Shown: positions 62,810 to 64,000 of the stretch, one piece after another
Numbering within the stretch: position 1 is the stretch's first letter
How the letters are laid out: the number at the start of each line of letters is the position of its first letter
Assembly: GCF_018350175.1 (NCBI RefSeq)
Contig: NC_058368.1
Coordinates: 38,132,001-38,196,000 of the forward strand
Source: Felis catus
Lineage: Eukaryota
Direction of reading: 5' to 3'
DNA length: 64,000 bases
Notes under the pieces: model-generated
The model's input: the letters and a program-made list of their open reading frames with translations, nothing else
What the model was told of the DNA's origin: nothing
Database searches by the model: none
Translations under genes and position numbers: made by a program

Positions 62810-63845
62810 AGTCTGTATTTTCTAATTCAAGCTAAATTTTTACATTTTATCTGTTGATAATTTTGAATGATGAATTTAAATCTACATTAACCGGGGAATT
62901 AAAATTTTCCCTGTGGTTCCATTAGATGTGCTTTTATATTTTTATACATTTCTAGATTATCATATTGGATACATGCAAATTTAGAATTTTTGTTGTATTA
63001 AAACTTTTGATGTTTTGAAGGGCATCATTTTCCTAATAATACCTTTTTTTAAAGTCACTGTTATTTTTTATATATGCATTTTACACACATATTTCCTCAC
63101 TCTTACTTTTAATAAGTCTGGCTGGGTCCTTTGGCTTTAATAGTGTGTCTTTTAAACTGCAAATGGAGTTTTTGTTGTTACCGGTCTCTGTGTTTGAAAA
63201 ATGACTTCATTCACTTTACATATAATTATAATTAATACATTTGCACTTATTTGCAGTCTCTTAATTTGTGCCTTCTGTTTGTACTCTTATTTATTATTTT
63301 TTTATTCTTGCATTGTTCTCCATTTTCAATATTACACTCTCTCTACTAATTTGCAGTAATTATTGCATTTTCTTTTTAATGATTCGCTTTTTTATTTTAC
63401 CTTGTAGGTTTAACAAAGTCTGAAATCAATTAATATTTTAATGCTTTCCTGAATATACAGGAAGGGAGAATTGTAAAAACTGCATCCTAATTTGCATATC
63501 TACTTCCATACTTGCTGAAAGTGGAAATAATAAGGAAATATATGTTAGTAAAATACTTTCGAAAAGTATAAAATTGCTTCAAAATAAAACGCACTGTTAA
63601 TAAAATGCATGCCTTTCAATTTACATATTAATTTACACATTTTTGTTTTTGTCCAATTTATATATCATATCTCTTTTAACCTAATTGATAATATATTTTA
63701 TGCATACAGATCTTTTAGAATTGTTTACATGGTTATCCATTTTCTTTGCTCATAATTTTTCTTTTATGTAAAAAGTATTTCTAGGTTCACTTTTTTCTTC
63801 CAAAAGTACATCTTCTAGAAATTCACTTAGTAAATGACTCTTTCT
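62810..63845 (-). mobile_element. Ancient degraded L1M fragment
   Basis: T-rich; ATTGGATACATGCAAATTTAGAATT, TCATTCACTTTACATATAATTAT motifs continuing the old L1 at ~60240-60360. Confidence 0.5.
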
Positions 63846-63852
63846 AAAAACA

Positions 63853-64000
63853 ATTTTTTTAATGTTTATTTAGTTTTGAGAGAGAGAGAGAGAGAGAGAA
63901 AGAGACAGAGTGTGAGCTGGGGAGGAGCAGAGAGAGGGAGACACAGAATCTGAAGCAGGCTCCAGGCTCTGAGCCGTCAGCACAGAGCCCGACGAGGGGT
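63853..64000 (-). mobile_element. Can-SINE, truncated by window end
   Basis: Poly-T, (GA)n, GACACAGAATCTGAAGCAGGCTCCAGGCTCTGAGCCGTCAGCACAGAGCCCG. Confidence 0.95.

Overview
AT-rich, repeat-dense mammalian DNA from a felid, judged by the many cat-type Can-SINEs (SINEC_Fc) and carnivore L1s. I can support no intact protein-coding gene. Repeats present are L1 (old L1M and carnivore lineages), about 22 Can-SINEs, L2/MIR, MER5/MER20 and LTR/ERV relics. Four things stand out. (1) Six colinear minus-strand exon relics (about 6.6-13.7 kb) translate into a decayed EF-hand + WD40 gene resembling the EFCAB8/WDR49/WDR64/WDR95 family, with a candidate promoter/first exon at about 33.6-34.4 kb. (2) An AP3S1 processed pseudogene carries a 114-nt extra segment exactly at the exon 3/4 junction, apparently a fossilised cassette exon. 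(3) A 5.9-kb L1 insertion splits that retrocopy's 3' UTR and shows a twin-priming 5' inversion, a ~600-bp 3' transduction and a doubled 3' end. (4) There is a class II-like solo LTR with a 6-bp TSD, plus ERV-L pol relics. Family assignments come from recalled sequences, not database searches, and boundaries of old repeats are approximate.
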